This document shows, piece after piece, positions 63,494-64,000 of a stretch of DNA of 64,000 nucleotides. Position 1 is the first letter of the stretch; each line of letters begins with the position of its first letter. The notes under the pieces were generated by a model. That model was not told the DNA's origin. It saw only the letters and a program-made list of their open reading frames with translations, and ran no database searches. A program made the translations under genes and the position numbers. Source of the DNA: an uncultured bacterium (GTDB lineage Bacteria > Abyssobacteria > SURF-5). Location: assembly GCA_964607485.1 (NCBI GenBank), contig CAZSKP010000011.1, positions 1 to 64,000 on the forward strand, written 5' to 3'.

Positions 63494-63695
63494 GAAAGGC
63501 TTTCAGGCATTGGAGACGACCGGCCCGGCTTCGGCCGTAGGGGCGATAGTAGGGTACGGGCTACCCGGCTCGGTGAAGGAGTTGCAGGGCCAGGAGGAAG
63601 TCGTCGCAGCGGTGACGACGACCCTTTTTTCCATAATCTTCAACATGGTTCGCAACTGGTGGAAGCATCGTCACGAACTGCAGGTGAGCAAGTGA
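63465..63695 (+). CDS. Holin-like small membrane protein
   Basis: AAGGAGGT RBS; two hydrophobic stretches, basic tail RNWWKHR; precedes the lysin. Confidence 0.55.
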   Translation: MGFNTKKAVEKGFQALETTGPASAVGAIVGYGLPGSVKELQGQEEVVAAVTTTLFSIIFNMVRNWWKHRHELQVSK

Positions 63696-63749
63696 GCGGG
63701 TGACTCCTTCGGAGCTGTACCCCTCTCTTGAACGGAAAGGTCCACAGGG

Positions 63750-64000
63750 ATGCTGAAAGCGAGACTCAGCGCGCTGCCGTTGAGATTCAAGACCGCGAGG
63801 CAGCGCCGAGAATTCGATTCCACAAACGTTCGTCCGGAGCTGGTGTGGATGGTGAGCTTCCTCGCCCTCTGGATTTTCTGGAGGCACAGACGTATTCCGG
63901 AGATAACCGAGATCTACCGGACCGACGAGGAACAGCGCGCGTTGTACCCCGACGAGCCCGGGAGGAAATCGGTTCATCAATTCTGGCGCGGCTGCGACAT
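63750..64000 (+). CDS. Peptidase M15-type endolysin, runs off the window (not in the ORF track)
   Basis: My translation: MLKARL...ITEIYRTDEEQRALYPDEPGRKSVHQFWRGCD; R..EEQ..LY and SxHxxxxxxD zinc motif. Confidence 0.7.
   Translation, partial: MLKARLSALPLRFKTARQRREFDSTNVRPELVWMVSFLALWIFWRHRRIPEITEIYRTDEEQRALYPDEPGRKSVHQFWRGCD

Overview
GC-rich bacterial chromosome segment, probably from an anaerobe (corrinoid methyltransferase parts, B12-binding radical SAM enzyme, ADP-forming acyl-CoA ligase). About the first 53 kb is mostly housekeeping: dnaJ, a leucine dehydrogenase, gatCA, an EmrAB-type pump, a MoxR/Bat operon running into glnD and degP, a Gld-type ABC system and groESL. It also holds a visibly AT-richer controller/restriction/methylase island (about 15.6-18.5 kb) and an orphan XRE + ImmA/IrrE pair. 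The last 10 kb (53798 to the window end) is an intact but oddly reduced phage-like operon: prohead protease, HK97-fold capsid (T5-like by my recollection), head-completion protein, then directly a tail-tip/hub protein, two proteins with export signals (one a fibre), holin-like genes and an M15 endolysin. No terminase, portal, tail tube, tape measure or integrase is visible. This is the best candidate for an undescribed system. All family calls come from motifs read by eye; no searches were run. No tRNA, rRNA or CRISPR array was seen.
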